From positions 5,263 through 69,262 of the forward strand of contig NZHP01000028.1 in assembly GCA_002691465.1 (NCBI GenBank): 64,000 nt of DNA, given 5' to 3'. The notes under the pieces are model-generated. The model did no database searches, was not told where the DNA came from, and saw only the letters and a program-made list of their open reading frames with translations. Positions 37,215-47,213 of this stretch are shown here, in pieces (the stretch's first letter is position 1; the number at the start of each line of letters is the position of its first letter). The position numbers and the translations under genes are program-made. Source of the stretch: Gammaproteobacteria bacterium (lineage in GTDB: Bacteria > Pseudomonadota > Gammaproteobacteria > Steroidobacterales > UBA11654).

Positions 37215-38247
37215 GATTGATGATCACAGATTTCTCACCACTCTTGATAGATCCGATTTCATAAGCTTCGATTCCTTCATCTTGGAAGTGGTTGATTACA
37301 GAATCTCTAATATCCTTTTTTACAACGATCACGTATCCAATGCCACAATTGAATGTTTTAAGCATTTCATCAGAATCGATATGAGCCTCTCCCTGAATCC
37401 AATGAAAGACAGACGGCAAGTTCCATGATTTTTTATCAATTATTGCCTGAAAACCATCTGGGATTGACCGGATAATATTTTCTTTGAATCCGCCACCTGT
37501 AATGTGTGCCATTGATTTGACTTCATATTTTTCAAGACAGCTTAGAACCGATTTACTGTATATGATCGTGGGCTTTATAATTCGTGATCCAATTTTTTCA
37601 CCATCGATCAATTCATCTAGATCGACTGAATTTTTTTCAATTATTTTCCTTATAAGCGAATAGCCATTGGAATGGGGGCCAGAGGATGCAAGCCCTATAA
37701 TCGAATCACCTTCTGATATTCTTGATCCATCAATGATTTTTTCGTAATCAACAACACCAACGCAAAACCCTGCAAGATCAAAGTCACCCAGCTGATAGAC
37801 TCCTGGCATTTCTGCAGTTTCTCCACCAATGAGTGCCATTTCAGATTGCACACATCCATTTGCAATCCCCTTTATGATTCTTTTTGCTTGTGCGTTATCA
37901 AGCTTTGAGGTTGCAAAATAATCAAGAAAGAATAGAGGTTTAGCACCAGAAGTAATGATGTCATTGACGCACATGGCAACCAGATCAACCCCGACCCCTT
38001 CAAGAATATCAAGCTCTTGTGCCAGCTTTACTTTTGTCCCAACACCATCTGTTCCTGAAACAAGAACAGGTCGATCAATGCCTTTTGTGCTTAATTCGAA
38101 TAACCCTCCGAAACCACCGATATTAGACAACACATCATCAGTTAGTGTTTCTTTGATTATAGGCTTGATCTCATCGATCAAATCATTGGCTTTGTCAATA
38201 TCTACGCCAGAATCTGAATATGTTATTTTTGACTTTTGGTTACTCAT
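37207..38247 (-). CDS. purM: phosphoribosylformylglycinamidine cyclo-ligase
   Basis: 346 aa. YSDSGVDID, GTDGVGTKVKLA, AHITGGGF. Overlaps purN by 8 nt. Confidence 0.95.
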   Translation of the reverse strand: MSNQKSKITYSDSGVDIDKANDLIDEIKPIIKETLTDDVLSNIGGFGGLFELSTKGIDRPVLVSGTDGVGTKVKLAQELDILEGVGVDLVAMCVNDIITSGAKPLFFLDYFATSKLDNAQAKRIIKGIANGCVQSEMALIGGETAEMPGVYQLGDFDLAGFCVGVVDYEKIIDGSRISEGDSIIGLASSGPHSNGYSLIRKIIEKNSVDLDELIDGEKIGSRIIKPTIIYSKSVLSCLEKYEVKSMAHITGGGFKENIIRSIPDGFQAIIDKKSWNLPSVFHWIQGEAHIDSDEMLKTFNCGIGYVIVVKKDIRDSVINHFQDEGIEAYEIGSIKSGEKSVIINHG

Positions 38248-38366
38248 TCCTAAAAAGTGTGTCCTTTCTAATCCGAGCTATGATAATTAATTGAAAGTCT
38301 ATATTATCATCAAGATAATCATTAATCTTTGAGATATTGTTGATGAGCTCTTATTTTCAATTGCGA

Positions 38367-38921
38367 ATGTCATATATACCGAATGCAATTTGCATTCTTC
38401 GAATAATTTTGGTCATTCCCATCATTGATTTTCTATGGGATAAGCAATACGAGAATGCTTTAGGGCTTATCGCTATCGCTGGTATCTCAGACTTTTTAGA
38501 TGGTTTTTTAGCAAAAAAAAATAATTGGAGATCAAAACTAGGTGCCGCACTTGATCCAGCAGCAGATAAGATTCTCTTGGTGAGCTTATTTGTTGTGCTT
38601 TATTTGATGGATTTGATCCCATTTTGGTTAATGGCAACTGTTCTAATGAGAGATATAATGATCCTTTTCGGCCTTTCGCTTTATTATTATTTTATTGAAA
38701 AGCCAAGACCTGACCCGACTTTCATTAGTAAGCTAAATACTTTTTTGCAAATATTCTTTGTCCTTTTTGTCATCGCCAGCCAAATATTCAATCCAAATTT
38801 GGATCTTTTGGTCCAATTCACAGGAGCTCTGGTTTTTCTGACTTCGATTCTGAGTGGATTGGATTATTGGATTTCATGGTCGATCAAGGCAAAAAAGATC
38901 ATTACTGCCAGGACTGCTTAA
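38367..38921 (+). CDS. CDP-alcohol phosphatidyltransferase-family protein (PgsA-like)
   Basis: Motif DFLDGFLAKKNNWRSKLGAALDPAADKIL (D-G-x2-A-[RK]...G-x3-D-x3-D). N-terminus MSYIPNAICILRI fits the family. Earlier in-frame starts at 38337 (TTG) and 38343 (ATG) are possible. Confidence 0.75.
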   Translation: MSYIPNAICILRIILVIPIIDFLWDKQYENALGLIAIAGISDFLDGFLAKKNNWRSKLGAALDPAADKILLVSLFVVLYLMDLIPFWLMATVLMRDIMILFGLSLYYYFIEKPRPDPTFISKLNTFLQIFFVLFVIASQIFNPNLDLLVQFTGALVFLTSILSGLDYWISWSIKAKKIITARTA

Positions 38922-38925
38922 AATA

Positions 38926-39606
38926 GTGAAGCAGCTCCCACTCCCTGTAAAGATCTCTCAATATATGACTTTTGAGAGTTTTTTCATCGGCCGTAATTCA
39001 GAATTAATAGAGGCTCTAAAAGATGAAGGCCAGAGACTCATCTGGATCGCAGGAGAGTCTGGAAATGGTAAAACGCATCTTCTAAGTTCTTTATGCAATG
39101 AATATGATTCTGCTAATAAGCGAATTCAGTATCTAAATATGGAAGAAGCAAATAACTATTCACCGGAGATTATTGATGGCCTTGAAGCATTGGATCTAAT
39201 TGCAATAGATGCTTTTGATTCTGTGGCAGGAGAGTATTCATGGGAGGAGAAATTCATGCATCTGTATGAAAGCATTCTAAATGTTAACACCCGATTAATC
39301 ATCGCATCCAAAAACACACCAAAAGGGCTGGATTTTAAAATCCCAGATTTGGAATCACGCTTTTCTTTGGGATTGTTATTCAGAATAAATCCCCTTGATG
39401 ATGATGAGCTTGTTACCGCAATTCAGCTCCATGCGAATGCAAGAGGGTTCGAGTTGCCTAAAGATTCTGCAAGGTTCATTATTAAGCGAACACCAAGAAG
39501 CGTCAATTCTCTGATAGATATTTTAAATATCCTTGATTATGAGTCATTATCAAGCCAGAGAAAGTTGACCATACCCTTTGTGAAGTCGATTTTAAAGCTC
39601 AGTTGA
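38926..39606 (+). CDS. hda: DnaA regulatory inactivator Hda
   Basis: GTG 38926, 5 nt after the upstream stop, yields MKQLPLPVKIS..., placing a beta-clamp-binding-like QLPLPV at the N-terminus as in E. coli Hda (QLSLPL). Walker A GESGNGKTHLL. Confidence 0.8.
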   Translation: MKQLPLPVKISQYMTFESFFIGRNSELIEALKDEGQRLIWIAGESGNGKTHLLSSLCNEYDSANKRIQYLNMEEANNYSPEIIDGLEALDLIAIDAFDSVAGEYSWEEKFMHLYESILNVNTRLIIASKNTPKGLDFKIPDLESRFSLGLLFRINPLDDDELVTAIQLHANARGFELPKDSARFIIKRTPRSVNSLIDILNILDYESLSSQRKLTIPFVKSILKLS

Positions 39607-39680
39607 ATCATCCGGTGATTATCGTATAGACGTTGCTTAATTTGATTGATATTCTTTCATTTGTTGATATGACCAAAGAA

Positions 39681-39983
39681 ATGAAGAAATACTTAATATC
39701 CTTAGTGATTGTTTTAGCGCTTAGCGCATGCGCAACATTGCCTCCATTGCAAGAGATGAGTAACGCAAGGCAAACCATTGCAGCAGCAAAAGAAATGAAT
39801 CCCATGACAGAACAATCTGAAAAAATACAAGAAGCTGAACGCCTTTTATCCAGAGCCGAGAGAAGAATGGAGGTCAATCTCTATGAATCGGCTAGACAGG
39901 ACGCTTTGAGAGCCCAAAAAGAAGCAATTGAGTTCATCGAGTGGGCAATTTCACAATCCAATGATAGAAAACAAGACGATTGA
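39681..39983 (+). CDS. small lipoprotein (DUF4398-like, helical)
   Basis: MKKYLISLVIVLALSAC lipobox. Alternative starts at 39669 (ATG) and 39633 (TTG). Helical Ala/Glu/Arg-rich body. Confidence 0.6.
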   Translation: MKKYLISLVIVLALSACATLPPLQEMSNARQTIAAAKEMNPMTEQSEKIQEAERLLSRAERRMEVNLYESARQDALRAQKEAIEFIEWAISQSNDRKQDD

Positions 39984-41222
39984 TCAATCTTTTAGCTGAC
40001 TGGCAACCTCACTGATCTTAATATCTCTTTTCTCACCCGTTATCCTTGACGTCACTTCAATTATATTTTTCTCGATTCCTCTTTTTCCAACAATGACTTG
40101 CTTAGGAATGCCCAACAAGTCTGCATCTGCGAATTTAACTCCTGCTCTTTCATCGCGATCATCTATCAAGACATCTATGCCATCCGATTTGAGCTCTTGA
40201 TAAATTTTTAATGCTTGATCCAAGACACTTGAGTCATTCTTATCATTCAAGACAATAATTAAAATCTCAAATGGTGAAATGGCTTTTGGCCAAATGATTC
40301 CCTTTTCATCGTGGTTTTGTTCGATTGCAGCTGCAACAATTCTGGAGATACCGATACCGTAACAGCCCATGTATGGATTGACATTTTTGCCATTGGAATC
40401 CAAAACCTCGAGTTTCATTGATTTGCTGTATTTATCGCCCAGTTGAAATATGTGTCCTACCTCAATTCCGCGAGCATACGTTAACTCTCCACCTTTCGGC
40501 GCATTTTTATCCTCTAATGTTTCTACGTTTGCTGCAAAGTTTTCATCATCACAAAAAGCGATTTGATCTTCACCAGAATCTGCTATCACATGGAATTCAT
40601 GCGAGACCGAACCACCGATTTCTCCGCTTGTAGCTTCAACTCTCCTAAAATTAAGTTCCAATTTTTTGAATATGCTTTGATACGTTTGATTCATATTTTC
40701 ATATTCTTCTTCAAGGGATTCTTGGTTTAGATGAAATGAGTAAGCATCTTTCATCAGGAATTCTCTCGCTCTCATAACGCCAAATCGAGGTCTGATTTCA
40801 TCTCTGAACTTAGTTTGAATCTGATAGAAGTTGACCGGTAGCTGTTTATAGCTCTTTACACTTTTTCTGAGTATATCTGTAATAACCTCTTCATGCGTAG
40901 GACCGTAACAAAAAAGACGATCATGACGGTCATGAATTTGTAAAAGGAGATCACCGTAGTCTTCCCATCTATTGGTTTCTTGCCATAATTCTGAAGGTTG
41001 TATCGTTGGCATCATTACTTCAAAAGCTCCAGATGCATCCATTTCTTTTCTCACCGTTTGCTCAATCTTTCTTAAGACTTTCAATCCAAACGGCATCCAT
41101 GTGAATATTCCAGAAGCCAATTTTTTTATGAGTCCTGCCCTCAGCATGAGTTGATGTGAAATGAGTTCGGCATCAGACGGAGCATCTTTGAATGTTTTTA
41201 GAGGATAATTCGATAATTTCAT
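39984..41222 (-). CDS. proS: prolyl-tRNA synthetase, bacterial type, lacking the INS editing domain
   Basis: 412 aa. Motif 2 FRDEIRPRFGVMRAREFLMKDAYSF, motif 3 GCYGIGISR, anticodon-binding C-terminus. Only about 30 aa lie between SGEDQIAF and RGIEVGHIFQLG. Confidence 0.9.
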   Translation of the reverse strand: MKLSNYPLKTFKDAPSDAELISHQLMLRAGLIKKLASGIFTWMPFGLKVLRKIEQTVRKEMDASGAFEVMMPTIQPSELWQETNRWEDYGDLLLQIHDRHDRLFCYGPTHEEVITDILRKSVKSYKQLPVNFYQIQTKFRDEIRPRFGVMRAREFLMKDAYSFHLNQESLEEEYENMNQTYQSIFKKLELNFRRVEATSGEIGGSVSHEFHVIADSGEDQIAFCDDENFAANVETLEDKNAPKGGELTYARGIEVGHIFQLGDKYSKSMKLEVLDSNGKNVNPYMGCYGIGISRIVAAAIEQNHDEKGIIWPKAISPFEILIIVLNDKNDSSVLDQALKIYQELKSDGIDVLIDDRDERAGVKFADADLLGIPKQVIVGKRGIEKNIIEVTSRITGEKRDIKISEVASQLKD

Positions 41223-41334
41223 ATTGAAATAGTAAGTAAAAACCCAAATAAATGCATCAAATCATAAGATATATTATTTTTGCCCTCTAAAAATCCAGTT
41301 TTTACATATTCAATGATTTATTTATAATGTCGGA

Positions 41335-42120
41335 ATGGTCTTAAGAAAAGATAAAACTAGAGAAAAGGTAAGCTTAAAAAAGGGCATATTCATTTTGCCT
41401 AACTTATTTACTTCGGCAAATCTATTTGCGGGATGTTTTTCGATATTTTGCTCGATTGACGGTCAGTATGAGATGGCAATAATTTCTGTCATTGTGGCTG
41501 TTTTCTTAGATGGTTTGGATGGAAAGGTTGCAAGAGCTACAAATGCCGTATCTGATTTTGGGAAAGACTATGACAGTCTTTGCGATCTCATTTCCTTCGG
41601 TGTAGCTCCATCAATTTTGTTTTATTCTTGGGCGACAACTCACTTTATTGAGGCAATTGATATCAAATTTATATGGCTTCTGTCATTTTTTTATATCGCG
41701 ACAACTGCTTTAAGGCTTGCCAGATTCAATAATCATCTTGTCTTGAAATCTGAAAATTATTTCTTAGGATTGCCATCACCCGCTTCGGCAACTTTAGTCA
41801 CGGTAATGCTCTGGCAATGCGTGATACATTCATTTGACAATTTAAATGCTCTGATTGTAATTTCTACTTTCTATCTAATCGCGTCTATCCTTATGGTGTC
41901 AAAAATTAAATACAACAGCTTTAAGGATCTTAGAACGCTAAATAGAATGCCCTTCAATGGAGCGTTATTGATTCCGCTAATATTCATTTTAATTATTATC
42001 GATGCACCAAATGTCCTTGGCGTTTTATCCATTTTCTATCTTGTTTCAGGATTACTTGTTGCATCATTGAGAGCGCTAAGAAATCAGTTCAATAAGAAAG
42101 AAAGCGAAGTCTCAGAGTAG
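41335..42120 (+). CDS. pssA: CDP-diacylglycerol--serine O-phosphatidyltransferase (CDP-alcohol type)
   Basis: 261 aa. LPNLFTSANLFAG, DGLDGKVARATNAVSDFGKDYDSLCDLISFG. Confidence 0.85.
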   Translation: MVLRKDKTREKVSLKKGIFILPNLFTSANLFAGCFSIFCSIDGQYEMAIISVIVAVFLDGLDGKVARATNAVSDFGKDYDSLCDLISFGVAPSILFYSWATTHFIEAIDIKFIWLLSFFYIATTALRLARFNNHLVLKSENYFLGLPSPASATLVTVMLWQCVIHSFDNLNALIVISTFYLIASILMVSKIKYNSFKDLRTLNRMPFNGALLIPLIFILIIIDAPNVLGVLSIFYLVSGLLVASLRALRNQFNKKESEVSE

Positions 42121-42123
42121 ATT

Positions 42124-42768
42124 ATGTCCATGGGGGGAAAGCTTTTTCAATCATTGGGGATTGATACTTATAAACTCAGAGATAATAGCCCAAAAAATGC
42201 CAATCAAACTAAAGATAATGATTGGCCTCGGATAGAGTCAAAAGTAACAAACTGTACAAAATGTTCCCTCCATAAAGGGCGAAATAAAACAGTTTTTGGT
42301 GACGGGAACAGAGACGCAGATTGGTTTTTTGTTGGAGAAGCTCCTGGCAAAGACGAAGATCTTCAAGGTAAGCCATTTGTCGGGAGAGCAGGGCGCTTAT
42401 TGACCGAGGTGATTTTTTCCATTGGCTTGTCAAGAGAAGAAGTTTTTATTGCGAATATTCTAAAATGCAGACCGCCCGACAATCGTGATCCTAAAACCCA
42501 AGAAGTGGAACAATGTTTTGCTTACCTAGAAAGACAAATTGATTTGGTTAAACCGAAGATTATAATTGCTGTCGGTAGAATTGCAGCACAATCACTCTTA
42601 GGGTCAGATTTACCGATGGGTAAATTAAGAGGAAGGATTCATGGATTTGGATCCAGTAAAATACCCACATTGGTTATATACCATCCAGCATATTTGTTAA
42701 GAAGTCCTTCTCAAAAACATAAAGTATGGGAAGATTTACAAATAGCAAATGATTTCCTAAAAAAATGA
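42124..42768 (+). CDS. uracil-DNA glycosylase, family 4
   Basis: 214 aa. Cys cluster (CTKCSL), FVGEAPGKDEDLQGKPFVGRAG, HPAYLLR. Confidence 0.85.
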   Translation: MSMGGKLFQSLGIDTYKLRDNSPKNANQTKDNDWPRIESKVTNCTKCSLHKGRNKTVFGDGNRDADWFFVGEAPGKDEDLQGKPFVGRAGRLLTEVIFSIGLSREEVFIANILKCRPPDNRDPKTQEVEQCFAYLERQIDLVKPKIIIAVGRIAAQSLLGSDLPMGKLRGRIHGFGSSKIPTLVIYHPAYLLRSPSQKHKVWEDLQIANDFLKK

Positions 42769-44024
42769 TTTTTAAAAAATATAAGAAAGATGCCATCTCA
42801 TGGGCTTTCTATGATTGGGCAAATTCAGCTTTTGCAACCACTGTGATGGCTGGTTTTTTCCCAATATTTTATAAATCTTTCTGGGCGACTGATTTATCAG
42901 ATTTGGAAAGCACTGCTATGGTTGGTTATGCCAATTCCTTGTCAGGATTGATTGTTGTTTTGTTGGCTCCCATATTGGGAGCATATGCTGATATTGGCAC
43001 CAAGAGAAAAAAACTCTTGATCTCTTTTGCATGTCTTGGAATTGTTTGCACAGCATCATTTTACTTTATTCCTCAGGGCGAATGGATGCTTGCGGCGATT
43101 CTATATGCATTTGCGGCAGTAGGATTTTCAGGAGGCAATGTATTTTATGACTCCCTCATTGTCTCGGTTTCTAATAATGAAAATAGAAATCGCGTCTCAG
43201 CATTGGGTTATTCATTGGGTTATTTGGGTGGCGGATTACTTTTTCTAGTCAATGTTATTATGTTTCTCAATCCACAATTTTTTGGAATAGAAAATCAATC
43301 CAATGCTATTTTGATTTCTTTTGTGATGGTGGCTTTTTGGTGGGCTTTTTTCAGCATTCCAATTCTAAGAAATGTATCTGAGTCAGATACTCAAAAAGAA
43401 GAACCAAGATTCTTTAAAGCCATATTGCAATCCTTCAATGAGGTCTATCAGACATTGATGGAAGTTAGGAAGTATAAAAATGTTGCGATTTTTCTTTTGG
43501 CTTACTGGTTTTATATGGATGGCATTGACACAATTGTCAGAATGGCAACCGCCTATGGCTCTGACATAGGATTGGAGGCTTCATCCATGATTACTGCCCT
43601 AATTTTGACTCAATTTGTAGGATTTCCATCTACTCTTATTTTTGGTTACTTTGCAGATAAGATTAGTTTTAAAAAGATAATCAGTATTGGTATTCTGATC
43701 TACATATTGATATCTATTTTCGCCAGCAGAATCACAACGGCAACAGAATTTTATCTGATGGCAGTTGTGGTTGGACTGGTTATGGGAGGCGTGCAAGCAG
43801 TCAGTCGAGCCTACTTCAGCAGCATCATTCCTGAAGATAAAGAAGCGCAGTTTTTTGGGTTCTATAATCTAGTGGGTAAATCAGCCGTGGTTGCTGGACC
43901 TGCATTACTTGCTTGGATATCCATGATTTTCAATACACCTAGGGCAGGCATATTGGGCTTGTTGATTTTATTTATCCCTGGATTGATTTTGCTTTGGATG
44001 GTTCCAACCCAAAAAAACTCATAA
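42765..44024 (+). CDS. MFS transporter (UMF1 family)
   Basis: 419 aa. N-terminal WAFYDWANSAF signature, 12 TM pattern. ATGA overlap with the upstream gene. Confidence 0.75.
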   Translation: MIFKKYKKDAISWAFYDWANSAFATTVMAGFFPIFYKSFWATDLSDLESTAMVGYANSLSGLIVVLLAPILGAYADIGTKRKKLLISFACLGIVCTASFYFIPQGEWMLAAILYAFAAVGFSGGNVFYDSLIVSVSNNENRNRVSALGYSLGYLGGGLLFLVNVIMFLNPQFFGIENQSNAILISFVMVAFWWAFFSIPILRNVSESDTQKEEPRFFKAILQSFNEVYQTLMEVRKYKNVAIFLLAYWFYMDGIDTIVRMATAYGSDIGLEASSMITALILTQFVGFPSTLIFGYFADKISFKKIISIGILIYILISIFASRITTATEFYLMAVVVGLVMGGVQAVSRAYFSSIIPEDKEAQFFGFYNLVGKSAVVAGPALLAWISMIFNTPRAGILGLLILFIPGLILLWMVPTQKNS

Positions 44025-46766
44025 CAATTTAATTTGCTCTTCGATTCTAGTTTGATCAGACATCAATGATTTGAGTTTTCTCTTTAATTCTTCGACAACT
44101 TCGGTTGGGGCTTTTTCAACAAAGGTATTGTTTGACAATCTATCATGAACCGATTTGAGTTCTTGATTAAGTTTTACTAGTTTCTTTTCCAATCTTGCTT
44201 TTTCCTCTTCTATATCGACCAACCCTTCCAATGGTATATAAATTTTCATTTGATTGAGTAATGCAAAAGCTGACTTTGGGATATCATCGGAAGTATCTTT
44301 TTGGGTGATCGACTCAACCGATGCTAGATTGAGTATAAATGATCCCAGTGATTCCAGTCTTTTACTATCTGTATTTGAGGCATCATTAATGATGATTTTG
44401 ATAGATTCATTTGGCGGAATATTCATTTCAGATCGAATCTGACGAACCGAGGAAACAATATTCTTAAGCCATTCTGTATTTGCAACAATTTCATTATCCA
44501 CCCTCCAGTCATTTGAGGAAGGAAAGTCAGCTTTCATAATACTTCTTCTTTTATTGTCCTCGTTCAATGATTGCCAAATTTCCTCTGTAATAAAAGGAAT
44601 CGTTGGATGCAACATCCTTAGGATTGCATCAAGCATCTTTATTAGATTATTTTTTGTGTAATCCTTTTGTGAATCTGATATCTCGGGATCATTGATCAGT
44701 GTTTTTGCCAATTCGATATACCAGTCACAAAAATCATTCCAAACAAATTCGTACATTGCGGTTGCTGCTAGATCAAAACGATATTGATTGAATTGCCTTT
44801 CGATTTCGTCAATTGTGCCTGCGAATTTTGATTGGATCCATTGGTCAATGGCATGTCCATTCGCATCATTTATATCCAATAACTCAAAATCGTTGGTATT
44901 CATTTTAATGAAACGCGATGCATTCCAAATTTTATTACAAAAATTTCGATAACCTTCTACTCTCCTAAGATCAAGGCGAATATCTCTTCCAGTAGACGCC
45001 TGAATTGCAAAATTAAAGCGAAGTGCATCCGTTCCAAAATCAGGGATGCCATTGGGAAATTCTTTTTTTGTATCATCAATGATTCTTTTTTCCATTTCAG
45101 GTTGCATAAGACCTTGAACTCGTTTCTCAAGAAGGTCCTCAAGACTGATGCCGTCTATTAAATCAATTGGATCGAGAATATTACCTTTCGATTTCGACAT
45201 CTTTTGACCATTTTTGTCTTTAATCAGGCCGTGTATATATATTTCTTTGAAGGGAATCTCCTTCATGAACTTAAGGCCCATCATCACCATTCTTGCGACC
45301 CAAAAGAAGATAATATCAAAGCCCGTTACCAAGACGTTTGTTGGATAAAATGTTTTCAGATCGTATGTTTCATCTGGCCATCCAAGACTGGAGAATGGCC
45401 AAAGGGCAGATGAAAACCACGTATCAAGGACATCTTCATCCTGCGTTAAAGCAATTGAGTTTTTTATGTTATTTTTTTCTCGAACCTCTGACTCACTTTC
45501 TCCGACATAGACATTGCCTTTATTATCATACCAAGCTGGAATTCTGTGACCCCACCACAGTTGCCTTGAGATACACCAATCCTGAATATTCTCTAACCAC
45601 TCGAAGTAGGTTTTAGACCAATTTTCAGGAACAAATTTTAATTCACCGTTTTTGACGACGGTTATTGCAGGTTCTGCCAATGGTTCCATTTTTAAAAACC
45701 ATTGATTAGTAATCAGTGGCTCAAGAATTGCTCCGCTTCTGTCTCCTCTTGGGATTGTGAGTGTGTAATCTTCAATTTCTTGCATCAGACCAAGTGATTC
45801 AATATCTTCCACAATCTTTCGTCTTGCATCAAAGCGATCCAAACCTTGATATTCTTTTGGTGCTGATTGAATGATCTTTGCGCTTTGATCAAGAATGCTG
45901 ATTATTTCAAGATCATGTTTTTTCCCGATATCGAAGTCATTGAAATCATGACCAGGCGTTATTTTTAAACATCCAGTTCCAAATTCTTTATCCACATAAT
46001 CGTCTGCTATGATTGGAATTTTTCTGTCTGTGAGGGGAAGATTCACCAGTTTTCCAATTAGATTTTTGTAGCGTTTATCATCTGGATGAACTGCTACAGC
46101 AGTGTCTCCCAACATTGTTTCCGGCCTTGTTGTTGCGACGACTATGTAGTCATCTAAGCCATCGATTGGATATTTCATATGCCACAATGAACCTTTTTCC
46201 TCCGAGGTCACAACCTCAAGATCAGATAATGCGGTTTGCAATACGGGATCCCAATTGACAAGTCTCTTGCCTCTATAGATCAATCCTTCTTCATAGAGTT
46301 GAACAAATACTTTAGTGACGCCTTGAACAAGATTTTCATCCATGGTGAATTTTTCTCTTGTCCAATCAGTAGAGGCACCCAATCTTTTCATTTGGTTGGT
46401 TATTGTGTTTCCAGACTTCTCTTTCCACTTCCATACTTCTTTTTCGAATTCTTCTCTTCCGAGTTTCTGCCTAGAAGTTCCAGATCTTTCCAATTGCCTC
46501 TCAACAACCATTTGCGTAGCAATGCCCGCATGATCTGTTCCCACCTGCCATAAAGTATTGTTTCCCTTCATTCGTTGATAACGAATGATGATATCCATGA
46601 TCGTGTCTTGAAATGCATGACCCATATGCAATGTCCCTGTCACATTTGGCGGAGGAATCACGATACAGAAGGGGTCGCCTGATTTTGATGGAGAGAAGTA
46701 TCCTGAATCTTCCCATGATGCATATATTCTGGATTCAAGTTCTTTCGGGTTATATGTCTTATCCAA
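44019..46766 (-). CDS. valS: valyl-tRNA synthetase
   Basis: 915 aa. PPNVTGTLHMGH, KMSKSKGN, C-terminal coiled coil. Confidence 0.95.
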   Translation of the reverse strand: MDKTYNPKELESRIYASWEDSGYFSPSKSGDPFCIVIPPPNVTGTLHMGHAFQDTIMDIIIRYQRMKGNNTLWQVGTDHAGIATQMVVERQLERSGTSRQKLGREEFEKEVWKWKEKSGNTITNQMKRLGASTDWTREKFTMDENLVQGVTKVFVQLYEEGLIYRGKRLVNWDPVLQTALSDLEVVTSEEKGSLWHMKYPIDGLDDYIVVATTRPETMLGDTAVAVHPDDKRYKNLIGKLVNLPLTDRKIPIIADDYVDKEFGTGCLKITPGHDFNDFDIGKKHDLEIISILDQSAKIIQSAPKEYQGLDRFDARRKIVEDIESLGLMQEIEDYTLTIPRGDRSGAILEPLITNQWFLKMEPLAEPAITVVKNGELKFVPENWSKTYFEWLENIQDWCISRQLWWGHRIPAWYDNKGNVYVGESESEVREKNNIKNSIALTQDEDVLDTWFSSALWPFSSLGWPDETYDLKTFYPTNVLVTGFDIIFFWVARMVMMGLKFMKEIPFKEIYIHGLIKDKNGQKMSKSKGNILDPIDLIDGISLEDLLEKRVQGLMQPEMEKRIIDDTKKEFPNGIPDFGTDALRFNFAIQASTGRDIRLDLRRVEGYRNFCNKIWNASRFIKMNTNDFELLDINDANGHAIDQWIQSKFAGTIDEIERQFNQYRFDLAATAMYEFVWNDFCDWYIELAKTLINDPEISDSQKDYTKNNLIKMLDAILRMLHPTIPFITEEIWQSLNEDNKRRSIMKADFPSSNDWRVDNEIVANTEWLKNIVSSVRQIRSEMNIPPNESIKIIINDASNTDSKRLESLGSFILNLASVESITQKDTSDDIPKSAFALLNQMKIYIPLEGLVDIEEEKARLEKKLVKLNQELKSVHDRLSNNTFVEKAPTEVVEELKRKLKSLMSDQTRIEEQIKLL

Positions 46767-46767
46767 T

Positions 46768-47202
46768 TCAGTTCACCCTATGAGATTTAATCCTATAATT
46801 TAAATCCTTATATGCTTTCCACTTTATTCTTGCAAGACTTCTTTTTTCTTCAGAGGATAGAACAATTTCATGAATTTTCTTAGGTTGTAATGAAGGATCT
46901 TCAGCTTGATCTGAAAGATTAATTATGACATCGAAGCTCGCATCAGGAAAAGTATCACAACCAATGGATATTGGTACATTTTGGTTTTTATCTTCTAATC
47001 TAGAATGCGGAATAAAACTCTCTTGTCGAAAGGTCCAAAGTTGATCATCAATTAGTTTTGCCTGCTCTTCATTTGAAGCATGAATGTAAATTTGACCAAA
47101 TCGTTTTTTGTAGCCCTTTTCAACCAAACGATAGACATAATTCATCTGCTTTTTTTCATCATCATTCTCAAAGTGATGGAAAATGACTTCGATACTTTTC
47201 AT
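46768..47202 (-). CDS. holC: DNA polymerase III chi subunit
   Basis: 144 aa. Located between pepA and valS as in E. coli. IYIHASNEEQAKLIDDQLWTF resembles the chi N-terminal region. Confidence 0.8.
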   Translation of the reverse strand: MKSIEVIFHHFENDDEKKQMNYVYRLVEKGYKKRFGQIYIHASNEEQAKLIDDQLWTFRQESFIPHSRLEDKNQNVPISIGCDTFPDASFDVIINLSDQAEDPSLQPKKIHEIVLSSEEKRSLARIKWKAYKDLNYRIKSHRVN

Positions 47203-47213
47203 TTATCAAATGA

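Noticed and set aside
39608-39877. An 89-aa minus-strand ORF.
   Set aside because: It overlaps the plus-strand ORF, which has a clear lipoprotein signal (LVIVLALSAC) and a coherent helical body. The minus-strand product has no recognisable features.
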